Shown: positions 15,001-33,000 of the stretch, in pieces
Position numbering within the stretch: the first letter of the stretch is position 1
Layout: each line of letters begins with the position of its first letter
Assembly (NCBI GenBank): GCA_964016885.1
Contig: OZ024745.1
Coordinates: 4,898,001-4,962,000, forward strand
DNA length: 64,000 nucleotides
From: Eledone cirrhosa
Lineage: Eukaryota
Reading direction: 5' to 3'
Translations under genes and position numbers: made by a program
Notes under the pieces: generated by a model
What the model was told of the DNA's origin: nothing
The model's database searches: none
Seen by the model: only the letters and a program-made list of their open reading frames with translations

Positions 15001-18000
15001 TGACAGTAACCATCACCATCAGCATTATATTGATGGGAGAGACAATAGTGATGACAGTAACCATCACCATCAAGATTATATTGATTGGAGAGACAATAGT
15101 GATGACAGTAACCATCACCATCAAGATTATATTGATGGGAGAGACAATAGTGATGACAGTAACCATCACTATCAAGATTATATTGATGGGAGAGACAATA
15201 GTGATGACAGTAACCATCACCATCACCATCAGCATTATATTGATGGGAGAAACAATAGTGATGACAGTAACCATCACCATCAGCATTATATTGATGGGAG
15301 AGACAACAGTGATGACAGTAACCATCACCATCAAGATTATATTGATGGGAGAGACAATAGTGATGACAGTAACCATCACCATCAGGATTATATTGATGGG
15401 AGAGACAATAGTGATGACAGTAACCATCACCATCAATAATATATTGATGGGAGAGACAATAGTGATGACAGTAACCATCACCATCACCATCAGCATTATA
15501 TTGATGGGAGAAACAATAGTGATGACAGTAACCATCACCATCAGCATTATATTGATGGGAGAGACAACAGTGATGACAGTAACCATCACCATCAAGATTA
15601 TATTGATGGGAGAGACAATAGTGATGACAGTAACCATCACCATCAGGATTATATTGATGGGAGAGTCAATAGTGATGACAGTAACCATCACCATAAGGAT
15701 TGTATTGATGGGAGAGACAATAGTGATGACAGTAACCATCACCATCAGCATTATATTGATGGGAGAGACAATAGTGATGACAGTAACCATCACCATCAGG
15801 ATTATATTGATGGGAGAGACAATAGTGATGACAGTTAACATCACCATCAGGATTATATTGATGGGAGAGACAATAGTGATGACAGTAACCATCACCATCA
15901 CCAACAGCATTATATTGATGGGAGAGACAATAGTGATGACAGTAACCATCACCATCAGGATTATATTGATGGGAGAGACAATAGTGATGACAGTAACCAT
16001 CACCATCAGGATTGTATTGATGGGAGAGACAATAGTGATGACAGTAACCATCACCATCAAGATTATATTGATGGGAGAGACAATAGTGATGACAGTAACC
16101 ATCACCATCAGGATTATATTGATGGGAGAGACAATAGTGATGACAGTAACCATCACCATCAGGATTGTATTGATGGGAGAGACAATAGTGATGACAGTAA
16201 CCATCACCATCAAGATTATATTGATGGGAGAGACAATAGTGATGACAGTAACCATCACCATCAGGATTATATTGATAGGAGAGTCAATAGTGATGACAGT
16301 AACTATCACCATCAAGATTATATTGATGGGAGAGTCAATAGTGATGACAGTAACCATCACCATCAGCATTATATTGATGGGAGAGACAATAGTGATGACA
16401 GTAACTATCACCATCAAGATTATATTGATGGGAGAGACAATAGTGATGACAGTAACCATCACCATCAGGATTATATTGATGGGAGAGACAATAGTGATGA
16501 CAATAACCATCACCATCAGGATTGTATTGATGGGAGAGACAATAGTGATGACAGTAACCGTCACCATCAGCATTATATTGATGGGAGAGACAATAGTGAT
16601 GACAGTAACCATCACCATCAAGATTATATTGATGGGAGAGACAATAGTGATGACAGTAACCATCACCATCAGCATTATATTGATGGGAGAGACAATAGTG
16701 ATGACAGTAACCATCACCATCAAGATTATATTGATGGGAGAGACAATAGTGATGACAGTAACCATCACCATCACTATCAGGATTATATTGATGGGAGAAA
16801 CAATAGTGATGACAGTAACCATCACCATCAAGATTATATTGATGGGAGAGACAATAGTGATGACAGTAACCATCACCATCACCATCAAGATTATATTGAT
16901 GGGAGAGACAATAGTGATGACAGTAACCATCACCATCAGCATTATATTGATGGGAGAGACAATAGTGATGACAGTAACCATCACCATCAAGATTATATTG
17001 ATGGGAGAGACAATAGTGATGACAGTAACCATCACCATCAAGATTATATTGATGGGAGAGACAATAGTGATGACAGTAACCATCACCATCACCATCAGGA
17101 TTATATTGATGGGAGAGACAATAGTGATGACAGTAACCATCACCATCAAGATTATATTGATGGGAGAGACAATAGTGATGACAGTAACCATCACCATCAG
17201 CATTATATTGACGGGAGAGACAATAGTGATGACAGTAACCATCACCATCAAGATTATATTGATGGGAGAGACAATAGTGATGACAGTAACCATCACCATC
17301 AAGATTATATTGATGGGAGAGACAATAGTGATGACAGTAACCATCACCATCACTATCAGGATTATATTGATGGGAGAAACAATAGTGATGACAGTAACCA
17401 TCACCATCAAGATTATATTGATGGGAGAGACAATAGTGATGACAGTAACCATCACCATCAAGATTATATTGATGGGAGAGACAATAGTGATGACAGTAAC
17501 CATCACCATCAAGATTATATTGATGGGAGAGACAATAGTGATGACAGTAACCATCACCATCACTATCAGGATTATATTGATGGGAGAAACAATAGTGATG
17601 ACAGTAACCATCACCATCAAGATTATATTGATGGGAGAGACAATAGTGATGACAGTAACCATCACCATCAAGATTATATTGATGGGAGAGACAATAGTGA
17701 TGACAGTAACCATCACCATCAAGATTATATTGATGGGAGAGACAATAGTGATGACAGTAACCATCACCATCAAGATTATATTGATGGGAGAGACAATAGT
17801 GATGACAGTAACCATCACTATCAAGATTATATTCATGGGAGAGACAATAGTGATGACAGTAACCATCAGCATTATATTGATGGGAGAAACAATAGTGATG
17901 ACAGTAACCATCACCATCAGCATTTTATTGATGGGAGAGACAGTAGTGATGACAGTAACCATCACCATCAAGATTATATTGATGGGAGAGACAATAGTGA

Positions 18001-21000
18001 TGACAGTAACCATCACCATCACCATCAGGATTGTATTGATGGGAGAGACAATAGTGATGACAGTAACCATCACCATCAAGATTATATTGATGGGAGAGAC
18101 AATAGTGATGACAGTAACCATAACCATCAGGATTATATTGATGGGAGAGACAATAGTGATGACAGTAACCATCACCATCAAGATTATATTGATGGGAGAG
18201 ACAATAGTGATGACAGTAACCATCACCATCAGGATTATATTGATGGGAGAGACAATAGTGATGACAGTAACCATCACCATCCAGATTATATTGATGGGAG
18301 AGACAATAGTGATGACAGTAACCATCACTATCAGTATTATATTGATGGGAGAAACAATAGTGATGACAGTAACCATCACCATCACCATCAATATTATATT
18401 GATGGGAGAGACAATAGTGATGACAGTAACCATCACCATCAGGATTATATTGATGGGAGAGACAATAGTGATGACAGTAACCATCACCATCAGGATTATA
18501 TTGATGGGAGAGACAATAGTGATGACAGTAACCATCACCATCAAGATTATATTGATGGGAGAGACAATAGTGATGACAGTAACCATCACCATCACCATCA
18601 GGATTATATTGATGGGAGAGAAAATAGTGATGACAGTAACCATCACCATCAATATTATATTGATGGGAGAGACAATAGTGATGACAGTAACCATCACCAT
18701 CAGGATTATATTGATGAGAGAGACAATAGTGATGACAGTAACCATCACCATCAGGATTGTATTGATGGGAGAGACAATAGTGATGACAGTAACCATCACC
18801 ATCAAGATTATATTGATGGGAGAGACAATAGTGATGACAGTAACCATCACCATCAGGATTATATTGATAGGAGAGTCAATAGTGATGACAGTAACTCTCA
18901 CCATCAAGATTATATTGATGGGAGAGTCAATAGTGATGACAGTAACCATCACCATCAGCATTATATTGATGGGAGAGACAATAGTGATGACAGTAACTAT
19001 CACCATCAAGATTATATTGATGGGAGAGACAATAGTGATGACAGTAACCATCACCATCAGGATTATATTGATGGGAGAGACAATAGTGATGACAATAACC
19101 ATCACCATCAGGATTGTATTGATGGGAGAGACAATAGTGATGACAGTAACCATCACCATCAGCATTATATTGATGGGAGAGACAATAGTGATGACAGTAA
19201 CCATCACCATCAAGATTATATTGATGGGAGAGACAATAGTGATGACAGTAACCATCACCATCAGCATTATATTGATGGGAGAGACAATAGTGATGACAGT
19301 AACCATCACCATCAAGATTATATTGATGGGAGAGACAATAGTGATGACAGTAACCATCACCATCACTATCAGGATTATATTGATGGGAGAAACAATAGTG
19401 ATGACAGTAACCATCACCATCAAGATTATATTGATGGGAGAGACAATAGTGATGACAGTAACCATCACCATCACCATCAAGATTATATTGATGGGAGAGA
19501 CAATAGTGATGACAGTAACCATCACCATCAGCATTATATTGATGGGAGAGACAATAGTGATGACAGTAACCATCACCATCAAGATTATATTGATGGGAGA
19601 GACAATAGTGATGACAGTAACCATCACCATCAAGATTATATTGATGGGAGAGACAATAGTGATGACAGTAACCATCACCATCACCATCAGGATTATATTG
19701 ATGGGAGAGACAATAGTGATGACAGTAACCATCACCATCAAGATTATATTGATGGGAGAGACAATAGTGATGACAGTAACCATCACCATCACTATCAGGA
19801 TTATATTGATGGGAGAAACAATAGTGATGACAGTAACCATCACCATCAAGATTATATTGATGGGAGAGACAATAGTGATGACAGTAACCATCACCATCAA
19901 GATTATATTGATGGGAGAGACAATAGTGATGACAGTAACCATCACCATCAAGATTATATTGATGGGAGAGACAATAGTGATGACAGTAACCATCACCATC
20001 ACTATCAGGATTATATTGATGGGTGAAACAATAGTGATGACAGTAACCATCACCATCAAGATTATATTGATGGGAGAGACAATAGTGATGACAGTAACCA
20101 TCACCATCAAGATTATATTGATGGGAGAGACAATAGTGATGACAGTAACCATCACCATCAAGATTATATTGATGGGAGAGACAATAGTGATGACAGTAAC
20201 CATCACCATCAAGATTATATTGATGGGAGAGACAATAGTGATGACAGTAACCATCACTATCAAGATTATATTCATGGGAGAGACAATAGTGATGACAGTA
20301 ACCATCAGCATTATATTGATGGGAGAAACAATAGTGATGACAGTAACCATCACCATCAGCATTTTATTGATGGGAGAGACAGTAGTGATGACAGTAACCA
20401 TCACCATCAAGATTATATTGATGGGAGAGACAATAGTGATGACAGTAACCATCACCATCAGGATTGTATTGATGGGAGAGACAATAGTGATGACAGTAAC
20501 CATCACCATCAAGATTATATTGATGGGAGAGACAATAGTGATGACAGTAACCATCACCATCAGGATTATATTGATGGGAGAGACAATAGTGATGACAGTA
20601 ACCATCACCATCAAGATTATATTGATGGGAGAGACAATAGTGATGACAGTAACCATCACCATCAGGATTATATTGATGGGAGAGACAATAGTGATGACAG
20701 TAACCATCACCATCCAGATTATATTGATGGGAGAGACAATAGTGATGACAGTAACCATCACTATCAGTATTATATTGATGGGAGAAACAATAGTGATGAC
20801 AGTAACCATCACCATCACCATCAATATTATATTGATGGGAGAGACAATAGTGATGACAGTAACCATCACCATCAGGATTATATTGATGGGAGAGACAATA
20901 GTGATGACAGTAACCATCACCATCAGGATTATATTGATGGGAGAGACAATAGTGATGACAGTAACAATCACCATCAAGATTATATTGATGGGAGAGACAA

Positions 21001-24000
21001 TAGTGATGACAGTAACCATCACCATCAGGATTATATTGATGGGAGAGACAATAGTGATGACAGTAACAATCACCATCAAGATTATATTGATGGGAGAGAC
21101 AATAGTGATGACAGTAACCATCACCATCACCATCAGGATTATATTGATGGGAGAAACAATAGTGATGACAGTAACCATCACCATCAAGATTATATTGATG
21201 GGAGAGACAATAGTGATGACAGTAACCATCACCATCAAGATTATATTGATGGGAGAGACAATAGTGATGACAGTAACCATCACCATCAAGATTATATTGA
21301 TGGGAGAGACAATAGTGATGACAGTAACCATCACCATCACTATCAGGATTATATTGATGGGAGAAACAATAGTGATGACAGTAACCATCACCATCAAGAT
21401 TATATTGATGGGAGAGACAATAGTGATGACAGTAACCATCACCATCAAGATTATATTGATGGGAGAGACAATAGTGATGACAGTAACCATCACCATCAAG
21501 ATTATATTGATGGGAGAGACAATAGTGATGACAGTAACCATCACCATCAAGATTATATTGATGGGAGAGACAATAGTGATGACAGTAACCATCACTATCA
21601 AGATTATATTCATGGGAGAGACAATAGTGATGACAGTAACCATCAGCATTATATTGATGGGAGAAACAATAGTGATGACAGTAACCATCACCATCAGCAT
21701 TTTATTGATGGGAGAGACAGTAGTGATGACAGTAACCATCACCATCAAGATTATATTGATGGGAGAGACAATAGTGATGACAGTAACCATCACCATCACC
21801 ATCAGGATTGTATTGATGGGAGAGACAATAGTGATGACAGTAACCATCACCATCAAGATTATATTGATGGGAGAGACAATAGTGATGACAGTAACCATAA
21901 CCATCAGGATTATATTGATGGGAGAGACAATAGTGATGACAGTAACCATCACCATCAAGATTATATTGATGGGAGAGACAATAGTGATGACAGTAACCAT
22001 CACCATCAGGATTATATTGATGGGAGAGACAATAGTGATGACAGTAACCATCACCATCCAGATTATATTGATGGGAGAGACAATAGTGATGACAGTAACC
22101 ATCACTATCAGTATTATATTGATGGGAGAAACAATAGTGATGACAGTAACCATCACCATCACCATCAATATTATATTGATGGGAGAGACAATAGTGATGA
22201 CAGTAACCATCACCATCAGGATTATATTGATGGGAGAGACAATAGTGATGACAGTAACCATCACCATCAGGATTATATTGATGGGAGAGACAATAGTGAT
22301 GACAGTAACCATCACCATCAAGATTATATTGATGGGAGAGACAATAGTGATGACAGTAACCATCACCATCACCATCAGGATTATATTGATGGGAGAGAAA
22401 ATAGTGATGACAGTAACCATCACCATCAATATTATATTGATGGGAGAGACAATAGTGATGACAGTAACCATCACCATCAGGATTATATTGATGAGAGAGA
22501 CAATAGTGATGACAGTAACCATCACCATCAGGATTGTATTGATGGGAGAGACAATAGTGATGACAGTAACCATCACCATCAAGATTATATTGATGGGAGA
22601 GACAATAGTGATGACAGTAACCATCACCATCAGGATTATATTGATAGGAGAGTCAATAGTGATGACAGTAACTCTCACCATCAAGATTATATTGATGGGA
22701 GAGTCAATAGTGATGACAGTAACCATCACCATCAGCATTATATTGATGGGAGAGACAATAGTGATGACAGTAACTATCACCATCAAGATTATATTGATGG
22801 GAGAGACAATAGTGATGACAGTAACCATCACCATCAGGATTATATTGATGGGAGAGACAATAGTGATGACAATAACCATCACCATCAGGATTGTATTGAT
22901 GGGAGAGACAATAGTGATGACAGTAACCATCACCATCAGCATTATATTGATGGGAGAGACAATAGTGATGACAGTAACCATCACCATCAAGATTATATTG
23001 ATGGGAGAGACAATAGTGATGACAGTAACCATCACCATCAGCATTATATTGATGGGAGAGACAATAGTGATGACAGTAACCATCACCATCAAGATTATAT
23101 TGATGGGAGAGACAATAGTGATGACAGTAACCATCACCATCACTATCAGGATTATATTGATGGGAGAAACAATAGTGATGACAGTAACCATCACCATCAA
23201 GATTATATTGATGGGAGAGACAATAGTGATGACAGTAACCATCACCATCACCATCAAGATTATATTGATGGGAGAGACAATAGTGATGACAGTAACCATC
23301 ACCATCAGCATTATATTGATGGGAGAGACAATAGTGATGACAGTAACCATCACCATCAAGATTATATTGATGGGAGAGACAATAGTGATGACAGTAACCA
23401 TCACCATCAAGATTATATTGATGGGAGAGACAATAGTGATGACAGTAACCATCACCATCACCATCAGGATTATATTGATGGGAGAGACAATAGTGATGAC
23501 AGTAACCATCACCATCAAGATTATATTGATGGGAGAGACAATAGTGATGACAGTAACCATCACCATCACTATCAGGATTATATTGATGGGAGAAACAATA
23601 GTGATGACAGTAACCATCACCATCAAGATTATATTGATGGGAGAGACAATAGTGATGACAGTAACCATCACCATCAAGATTATATTGATGGGAGAGACAA
23701 TAGTGATGACAGTAACCATCACCATCAAGATTATATTGATGGGAGAGACAATAGTGATGACAGTAACCATCACCATCACTATCAGGATTATATTGATGGG
23801 TGAAACAATAGTGATGACAGTAACCATCACCATCAAGATTATATTGATGGGAGAGACAATAGTGATGACAGTAACCATCACCATCAAGATTATATTGATG
23901 GGAGAGACAATAGTGATGACAGTAACCATCACCATCAAGATTATATTGATGGGAGAGACAATAGTGATGACAGTAACCATCACCATCAAGATTATATTGA

Positions 24001-27000
24001 TGGGAGAGACAATAGTGATGACAGTAACCATCACTATCAAGATTATATTCATGGGAGAGACAATAGTGATGACAGTAACCATCAGCATTATATTGATGGG
24101 AGAAACAATAGTGATGACAGTAACCATCACCATCAGCATTTTATTGATGGGAGAGACAGTAGTGATGACAGTAACCATCACCATCAAGATTATATTGATG
24201 GGAGAGACAATAGTGATGACAGTAACCATCACCATCAGGATTGTATTGATGGGAGAGACAATAGTGATGACAGTAACCATCACCATCAAGATTATATTGA
24301 TGGGAGAGACAATAGTGATGACAGTAACCATCACCATCAGGATTATATTGATGGGAGAGACAATAGTGATGACAGTAACCATCACCATCAAGATTATATT
24401 GATGGGAGAGACAATAGTGATGACAGTAACCATCACCATCAGGATTATATTGATGGGAGAGACAATAGTGATGACAGTAACCATCACCATCCAGATTATA
24501 TTGATGGGAGAGACAATAGTGATGACAGTAACCATCACTATCAGTATTATATTGATGGGAGAAACAATAGTGATGACAGTAACCATCACCATCACCATCA
24601 ATATTATATTGATGGGAGAGACAATAGTGATGACAGTAACCATCACCATCAGGATTATATTGATGGGAGAGACAATAGTGATGACAGTAACCATCACCAT
24701 CAGGATTATATTGATGGGAGAGACAATAGTGATGACAGTAACAATCACCATCAAGATTATATTGATGGGAGAGACAATAGTGATGACAGTAACCATCACC
24801 ATCACCATCAGGATTATATTGATGGGAGAGAAAATAGTGATGACAGTAACCATCACCATCAATATTATATTGATGGGAGAGACAATAGTGATGACAGTAA
24901 CCATCACCATCAGGATTATATTGATGGGAGAGACAATAGTGATGACAGTAACCAGCACCATCAAGATTATATTGATGGGAGAGACAATAGTGATGACAGT
25001 AACCATCACCATCACCATCAGCATTATATTGATGGGAGAGACAATAGTGATGACAGTAACCATCACCATCAAGATTATATTGATGGGAGAGACAATAGTG
25101 ATGACAGTAACCATCACCATCACTATCAGGATTATATTGATGGGAGAAACAATAGTGATGACAGTAACCATCAACATCACCATCAAGATTATATTGATGG
25201 GAGAGACAATAGTGATGACAGTAACCATCACTATCAGGATTATATTGATGGGAGAAACAATAGTGATGACAGTAACCATCACCATCAAGATTATATTGAT
25301 GGGAGAGACAATAGTGATGAAAGTAACCATCACCATCAAGATTATATTGATGGCAGAGACAATAGTGATGACAGTAACCATCACCATCAGGATTGTATTG
25401 ATGGGAGAGACAATAGTGATGACAGTAACCATCACCATCAAGATTATATTGATGGGAGAGACAATAGTGATGACAGTAACCATCACCATCAAGATTATAT
25501 TGATGGGAGAGACAATAGTGATGACAGTAACCATCACCATCAGGATTATATTGATGGGAGAAACAATAGTGATGACAGTAACCATCACTATCACCATCAA
25601 GATTATATTGATGGGAGAGACAATAGTGATGACAGTAACCATCACCATCAAGATTATATTGATGGAAGAGACAATAGTGATGACAGTAACCATCACCATC
25701 ACCATCAGGATTGTATTGATGTGAGAGACAATAGTGATGACAGTAACCATCACCATCAAGATTATATTGATGGGAGAGACAATAGTGATGACAGTAACCA
25801 TCACCATCAGGATTATATTGATGGGAGAGACAATAGTGATGACAGTAACCATCACCATCAAGATTATATTGATGGGAGAGACAATAGTGATGACAGTAAC
25901 CATCACCATCACCATCAGGATTATATTGATGGGAGAGACAATAGTGATGACAGTAACCATCACCATCACATCAGGATTATATTGATGGGAGAGTCAATAG
26001 TGATGACAGTAACCATCACCATCAGGATTATATTGATGGGAGAGACAATAGTGATGACAGTAACCATCACCATCAGGATTATATTGATGGGAGAGACAAT
26101 AGTGATGACAGTAACCATCACCATCAAGATTATATTGATGGGAGAGACAATAGTGATGACAGTAACCATCACCATCACCATCAGGATTATATTGATGGGA
26201 GAGTCAATAGTGATGACAGTAACCATCACCATCAAGATTATGTTGATGGGAGAGACAATAGTGATGGCAGTAACCATCACCATCAGCATTATATTGATGG
26301 GAGAAACAATAGTGATGACAGTAACCATCACCATCAAGATTATATTGATGGGAGAGACAATAGTGATGACAGTAACCATCACCATCACCATCAGGATTAT
26401 ATTGATGGGAGAGACAATAGTGATGACAGTAACCATCACCATCAAGATTATATTGATGGGAGAGACAATAGTGATGACAGTAACCATCACCATCAGGATT
26501 ATATTGATGGGAGAGACAATAGTGATGACACTAACCATCACCATCAGGATTATATTGATGGGAGAGACAATAGTGATGACAGTAACTATCACCATCAAGA
26601 TTATATTGATGGGAGAGACAATAGTGATGACAGTAACCATCACCATCACCATCAGGATTATATTGATGGGAGAGACAATAGTGATGACAGTAACCATCAC
26701 CATCAAGATTATGTTGATGGGAGAGACAATAGTGATGGCAGTAACCATCACCGTCAGCATTATATTGATGGGAGAGACAATTGTGATGACAGTAACCATC
26801 ACCATCAAGATTATATTGATGGGAGAGACAATAGTGATGACAGTAACCATCACCATCAGGATTATATTGATGGGAGAGACAATAGTGATGACAGTAACCA
26901 TCACCATCAGGATTATATTGATGGGAGAGACAATAGTGATGACAGTAACCATCACCATCAAGATTATATTGATGGGAGAGACAATAGTGATGACAGTAAC

Positions 27001-30000
27001 CATCACCATCACCATCATATTGATGGGAGAAACAATAGTGATGACAGTAACCATCACCATCAGCATTATATTGATGGGAGAGACAATAGTGATGACAGTA
27101 ACTATCACCATCAAGATTATATTGATGGGAGAGACAATAGTGATGACAGTAACCATCACCATCAGGATTATATTGATGGGAGAGACAATAGTGATGACAG
27201 TAACCATCGCCATCAGGATTGTATTGATGGGAGAGACAATAGTGATGACAGTAACCATCACCATCAAGATTATATTGATGGGAGAGACAATAGTGATGAC
27301 AGTAACCATCACCATCAGGATTATATTGATGGGAGAGACAATAGTGATGACAGTAACCATCACCATCAAGATTATATTGATGGGAGAGACAATAGTGATG
27401 ACAGTAACCATCACCATCACCATCAGGATTATATTGATGGGAGAGACAATAGTGATGACAGTAACCATCACCATCACATCAGGATTATATTGATGGGAGA
27501 GTCAATAGTGATGACAGTAACCATCACCATCAGGATTATATTGATGGGAGAGACAATAGTGATGACAGTAACCATCACCATCAGGATTATATTGATGGGA
27601 GAGACAATAGTGATGACAGTAACCATCACCATCAAGATTATATTGATGGGAGAGACAATAGTGATGACAGTAACCATCACCACCACCATCAGGATTATAT
27701 TGATGGGAGAGTCAATAGTGATGACAGTCACCATCACCATCAAGATTATGTTGATGGGAGAGACAATAGTGATGGCAGTAACCATCACCATCAGCATTAT
27801 ATTGATGGGAGAAACAATAGTGATGACAGTAACCATCACCATCAAGATTATATTGATGGGAGAGACAATAGTGATGACAGTAACCATCACCATCACCATC
27901 AGGATTATATTGATGGGAGAGACAATAGTGATGACAGTAACCATCACCATCAAGATTATATTGATGGGAGAGACAATAGTGATGACAGTAACCATCACCA
28001 TCAGGATTATATTGATGGGAGAGACAATAGTGATGACACTAACCATCACCATCAGGATTATATTGATGGGAGAGACAATAGTGATGACAGTAACCATCAC
28101 CATCAAGATTATATTGATGGGAGAGACAATAGTGATGACAGTAACCATCACCATCACCATCAGGATTATATTGATGGGAGAGACAATAGTGATGACAGTA
28201 ACCATCACCATCAAGATTATGTTGATGGGAGAGACAATAGTGATGGCAGTAACCATCACCATCAGCATTATATTGATGGGAGAGACAATTGTGATGACAG
28301 TAACCATCACCATCAAGATTATATTGATGGGAGAGACAATAGTGATGACAGTAACCATCACCATCAGGATTATATTGATGGGAGAGACAATAGTGATGAC
28401 AGTAACCATCACCATCAGGATTATATTGATGGGAGAGACAATAGTGATGACAGTAACCATCACCATCAAGATTATATTGATGGGAGAGACAATAGTGATG
28501 ACAGTAACCATCACCATCACCATCAGCATTATATTGATGGGAGAAAAAATAGTGATGACAGTAACCATCACCATCAGCATTATATTGATGGGAGAGACAA
28601 TAGTGATGACAGTAACTATCACCATCAAGATTATATTGATGGGAGAGACAATAGTGATGACAGTAACCATCACCATCAGGATTATATTGATGGGAGAGAC
28701 AATAGTGATGACAGTAACCATCACCATCAGGATTGTATTGATGGGAGAGACAATAGTGATGACAGTAACCATCACCATCAAGATTATATTGATGGGAGAG
28801 ACAATAGTGATGACAGTAACCATCACCATCAGGATTATATTGATGGGAGAGACAATAGTGATGACAGTAACCATCACCATCAAGATTATATTGATGGGAG
28901 AGACAATAGTGATGACAGTAACCATCACCATCAGCATTATATTGATGGGAGAGACAATAGTGATGACAGTAACCATCACCATCAAGATTATATTGATGGG
29001 AGAGACAATAGTGATGACAGTAACCATCACCATCACTATCAGGATTATATTGATGGGAGAAACAATAGTGATGACAGTAACCATCACCATCACCATCAAG
29101 ATTATATTGATGGGAGAGACAATAGTGATGACAGTAACCATCACCATCAAGATTATATTGATGGGAGAGACAATAGTGATGACAGTAACCATCACCATTA
29201 AGATTATATTGATGGGAGAGACAATAGTGATGACAGTAACCATCACCATCAAGATTATATTGATGGGAGAGACAATAGTGATGACAGTAACCATCACTAT
29301 CAAGATTATATTCATGGGAGAGACAATAGTGATGACAGTAACCATCACCATCAGCATTATATTGATGGGAGAAACAATAGTGATGACAGTAACCATCACC
29401 ATCAGCATTATATTGATGGGAGAGACAATAGTGATGACAGTAACCATCACCATCAAGATTATATTGATGGGAGAGACAATAGTGATGACAGTAACCATCA
29501 CCATCAGGATTGTATTGATGGGAGACAATAGTGATGACAGTAACCATCACCATCAAGATTATATTGATGGGAGAGACAATAGTGATGACAGTAACCATCA
29601 CCATCAGGATTATATTGATGGGAGAGACAATAGTGATGACAGTAACCATCACCATCAAGATTATATTGATGGGAGAGACAATAGTGATGACAGTAACCAT
29701 CACCATCAGCATTATATTGATGGGAGAGACAATAGTGATGACAGTAACCATCACCATCAAGATTATATTGATGGTAGAGACAATAGTGATGACAGTAACC
29801 ATCACCATCACTATCAGGTTTATATTGATGGGAGAAACAATAGTGATGACAGTAACCATCACCATCAAGATTATATTGATGGGAGAGACAATAGTGATGA
29901 CAGTAACCATCACCATCACCATCAGGATTATATTGATGGGAGAGACAATAGTGATGACAGTAACCATCACCATCACATCAGGATTATATTGATGGGAGAG

Positions 30001-33000
30001 TCAATAGTGATGACAGTAACCATCACCATCAGGATTATATTGATGGGAGAGACAATAGTGATGACAGTAACCATCACCATCAGGATTATATTGATGGGAG
30101 AGACAATAGTGATGACAGTAACCATCACCATCAAGATTATATTGATGGGAGAGACAATAGTGATGACAGTAACCATCACCATCACCATCAGGATTATATT
30201 GATGGGAGAGTCAATAGTGATGACAGTCACCATCACCATCAAGATTATGTTGATGGGAGAGACAATAGTGATGGCAGTAACCATCACCATCAGCATTATA
30301 TTGATGGGAGAAACAATAGTGATGACAGTAACCATCACCATCAAGATTATATTGATGGGAGAGACAATTGTGATGACAGTAACCATCACCATCACCATCA
30401 GGATTATATTGATGGGAGAGACAATAGTGATGACAGTAACCATCACCATCAAGATTATATTGATGGGAGAGACAATAGTGATGACAGTAACCATCACCAT
30501 CAGGATTATATTGATGGGAGAGACAATAGTGATGACACTAACCATCACCATCAGGATTATATTGATGGGAGAGACAATAGTGATGACAGTAACCATCACC
30601 ATCAGGATTATATTGATGGGAGAGACAATAGTGATGACAGTAACCATCACCATCAAGATTATGTTGATGGGAGAGACAATAGTGATGGCAGTAACCATCA
30701 CCATCAGCATTATATTGATGGGAGAGACAATTGTGATGACAGTAACCATCACCATCAAGATTATATTGATGGGAGAGACAATAGTGATGACAGTAACCAT
30801 CACCATCAGGATTATATTGATGGGAGAGACAATAGTGATGACAGTAACCATCACCATCAGGATTATATTGATGGGAGAGACAATAGTGATGACAGTAACC
30901 ATCACCATCAAGATTATATTGATGGGAGAGACAATAGTGATGACAGTAACCATCACCATCACCATCAGCATTATATTGATGGGAGAAACAATAGTGATGA
31001 CAGTAACCATCACCATCAGTATTATATTGATGGGAGAGACAATAGTGATGACAGTAACTATCACCATCAAGATTATATTGATGGGAGAGACAATAGTGAT
31101 GACAGTAACCATCACCATCAGGGTTATATTGATGGGAGAGACAATAGTGATGACAGTAACCATCACCATCAGGATTGTATTGATGGGAGAGACAATAGTG
31201 ATGACAGTAACCATCACCATCAAGATTATATTGATGGGAGAGACAATAGTGATGACAGTAACCATCACCATCAGCATTATATTGATGGGAGAGACAATAG
31301 TGATGACAGTAACCATCACCATCAAGATTATATTGATGGGAGAGACAATAGTGATGACAGTAACCATCACCATCACTATCAGGATTATATTGATGGGAGA
31401 AACAATAGTGATGACAGTAACCATCACCATCACCATCAAGATTATTTTGATGGGAGAGACAATAGTGATGACAGTAACCATCACCATCAAGATTATATTG
31501 ATGGGAGAGACAATAGTGATGACAGTAACCATCACCATTAAGATTATATTGATGGGAGAGACAATAGTGATGACAGTAACCATCACCATCAAGATTATAT
31601 TGATGGGAGAGACAATAGTGATGACAGTAACCATCACTATCAAGATTATATTCATGGGAGAGACAATAGTGATGACAGTAACCATCACCATCAGCATTAT
31701 ATTGATGGGAGAAACAATAGTGATGACAGTAACCATCACCATCAGCATTATATTGATGGGAGAGACAATAGTGATGACAGTAACCATCACCATCAAGATT
31801 ATATTGATGGGAGAGACAATAGTGATGACAGTAACCATCACCATCAGGATTGTATTGATGGGAGACAATAGTGATGACAGTAACCATCACCATCAAGATT
31901 ATATTGATGGGAGAGACAATAGTGATGACAGTAACCATCACCATCAGGATTATATTGATGGGAGAGACAATAGTGATGACAGTAACCATCACCATCAAGA
32001 TTATATTGATGGGAGAGACAATAGTGATGACAGTAACCATCACCATCAGCATTATATTGATGGGAGAGACAATAGTGATGACAGTAACCATCACCATCAA
32101 GATTATATTGATGGTAGAGACAATAGTGATGACAGTAACCATCACCATCACTATCAGGTTTATATTGATGGGAGAAACAATAGTGATGACAGTAACCATC
32201 ACCATCAAGATTATATTGATGGGAGAGACAATAGTGATGACAGTAACCATCACCATCAATATTATATTGATGGGAGAGACAATAGTGATGACAGTAACCA
32301 TCACCATCAGCTTTATATTGATGGGAGAGACAATAGTGATGACAGTAACCATCACCATCACCATCAAGATTATATTGATGGGAGAGACAATAGTGATGAC
32401 AGTAACCATCACCATCAAGATTATATTGATGGGAGAGACAATAGTGATGACAGTAACCATCACTATCAAGATTATATTGATGGGAGACACAATAGTGATG
32501 ACAGTAACAATCACCATCACCATCAGCATTATATTGATGGGAGAAACAATAGTGATGACAGTAACCATCACCATCAGCATTATATTGATGGGAGAGACAC
32601 AGTGATGACAGTAACCATCACCATCAAGATTATATTGATGGGAGAGACAATAGTGATGACAGTAACCATCACCATCAGGATTATATTGACGGGAGAGACA
32701 ATAGTGATGACAGTAACCATCACCATCAGGATTGTATTGATGGGAGAGACAATAGTGATGACAGTAACCATCACCATCAATATTATATTGATGGGAGAGA
32801 CAATAGTGATGACAGTAACCATCACCATCAGGATTATATTGATGGGAGAGACAATAGTGATGACAGTAACCATCACCATCAAGATTATATTGATGGGAGA
32901 GACAATAGTGATGACAGTAACCATCACCATCAGCATTATATTGATGGGAGAGACAATAGTGATGACAGTAACCATCACCATCAAGATTATATTGATGGGA

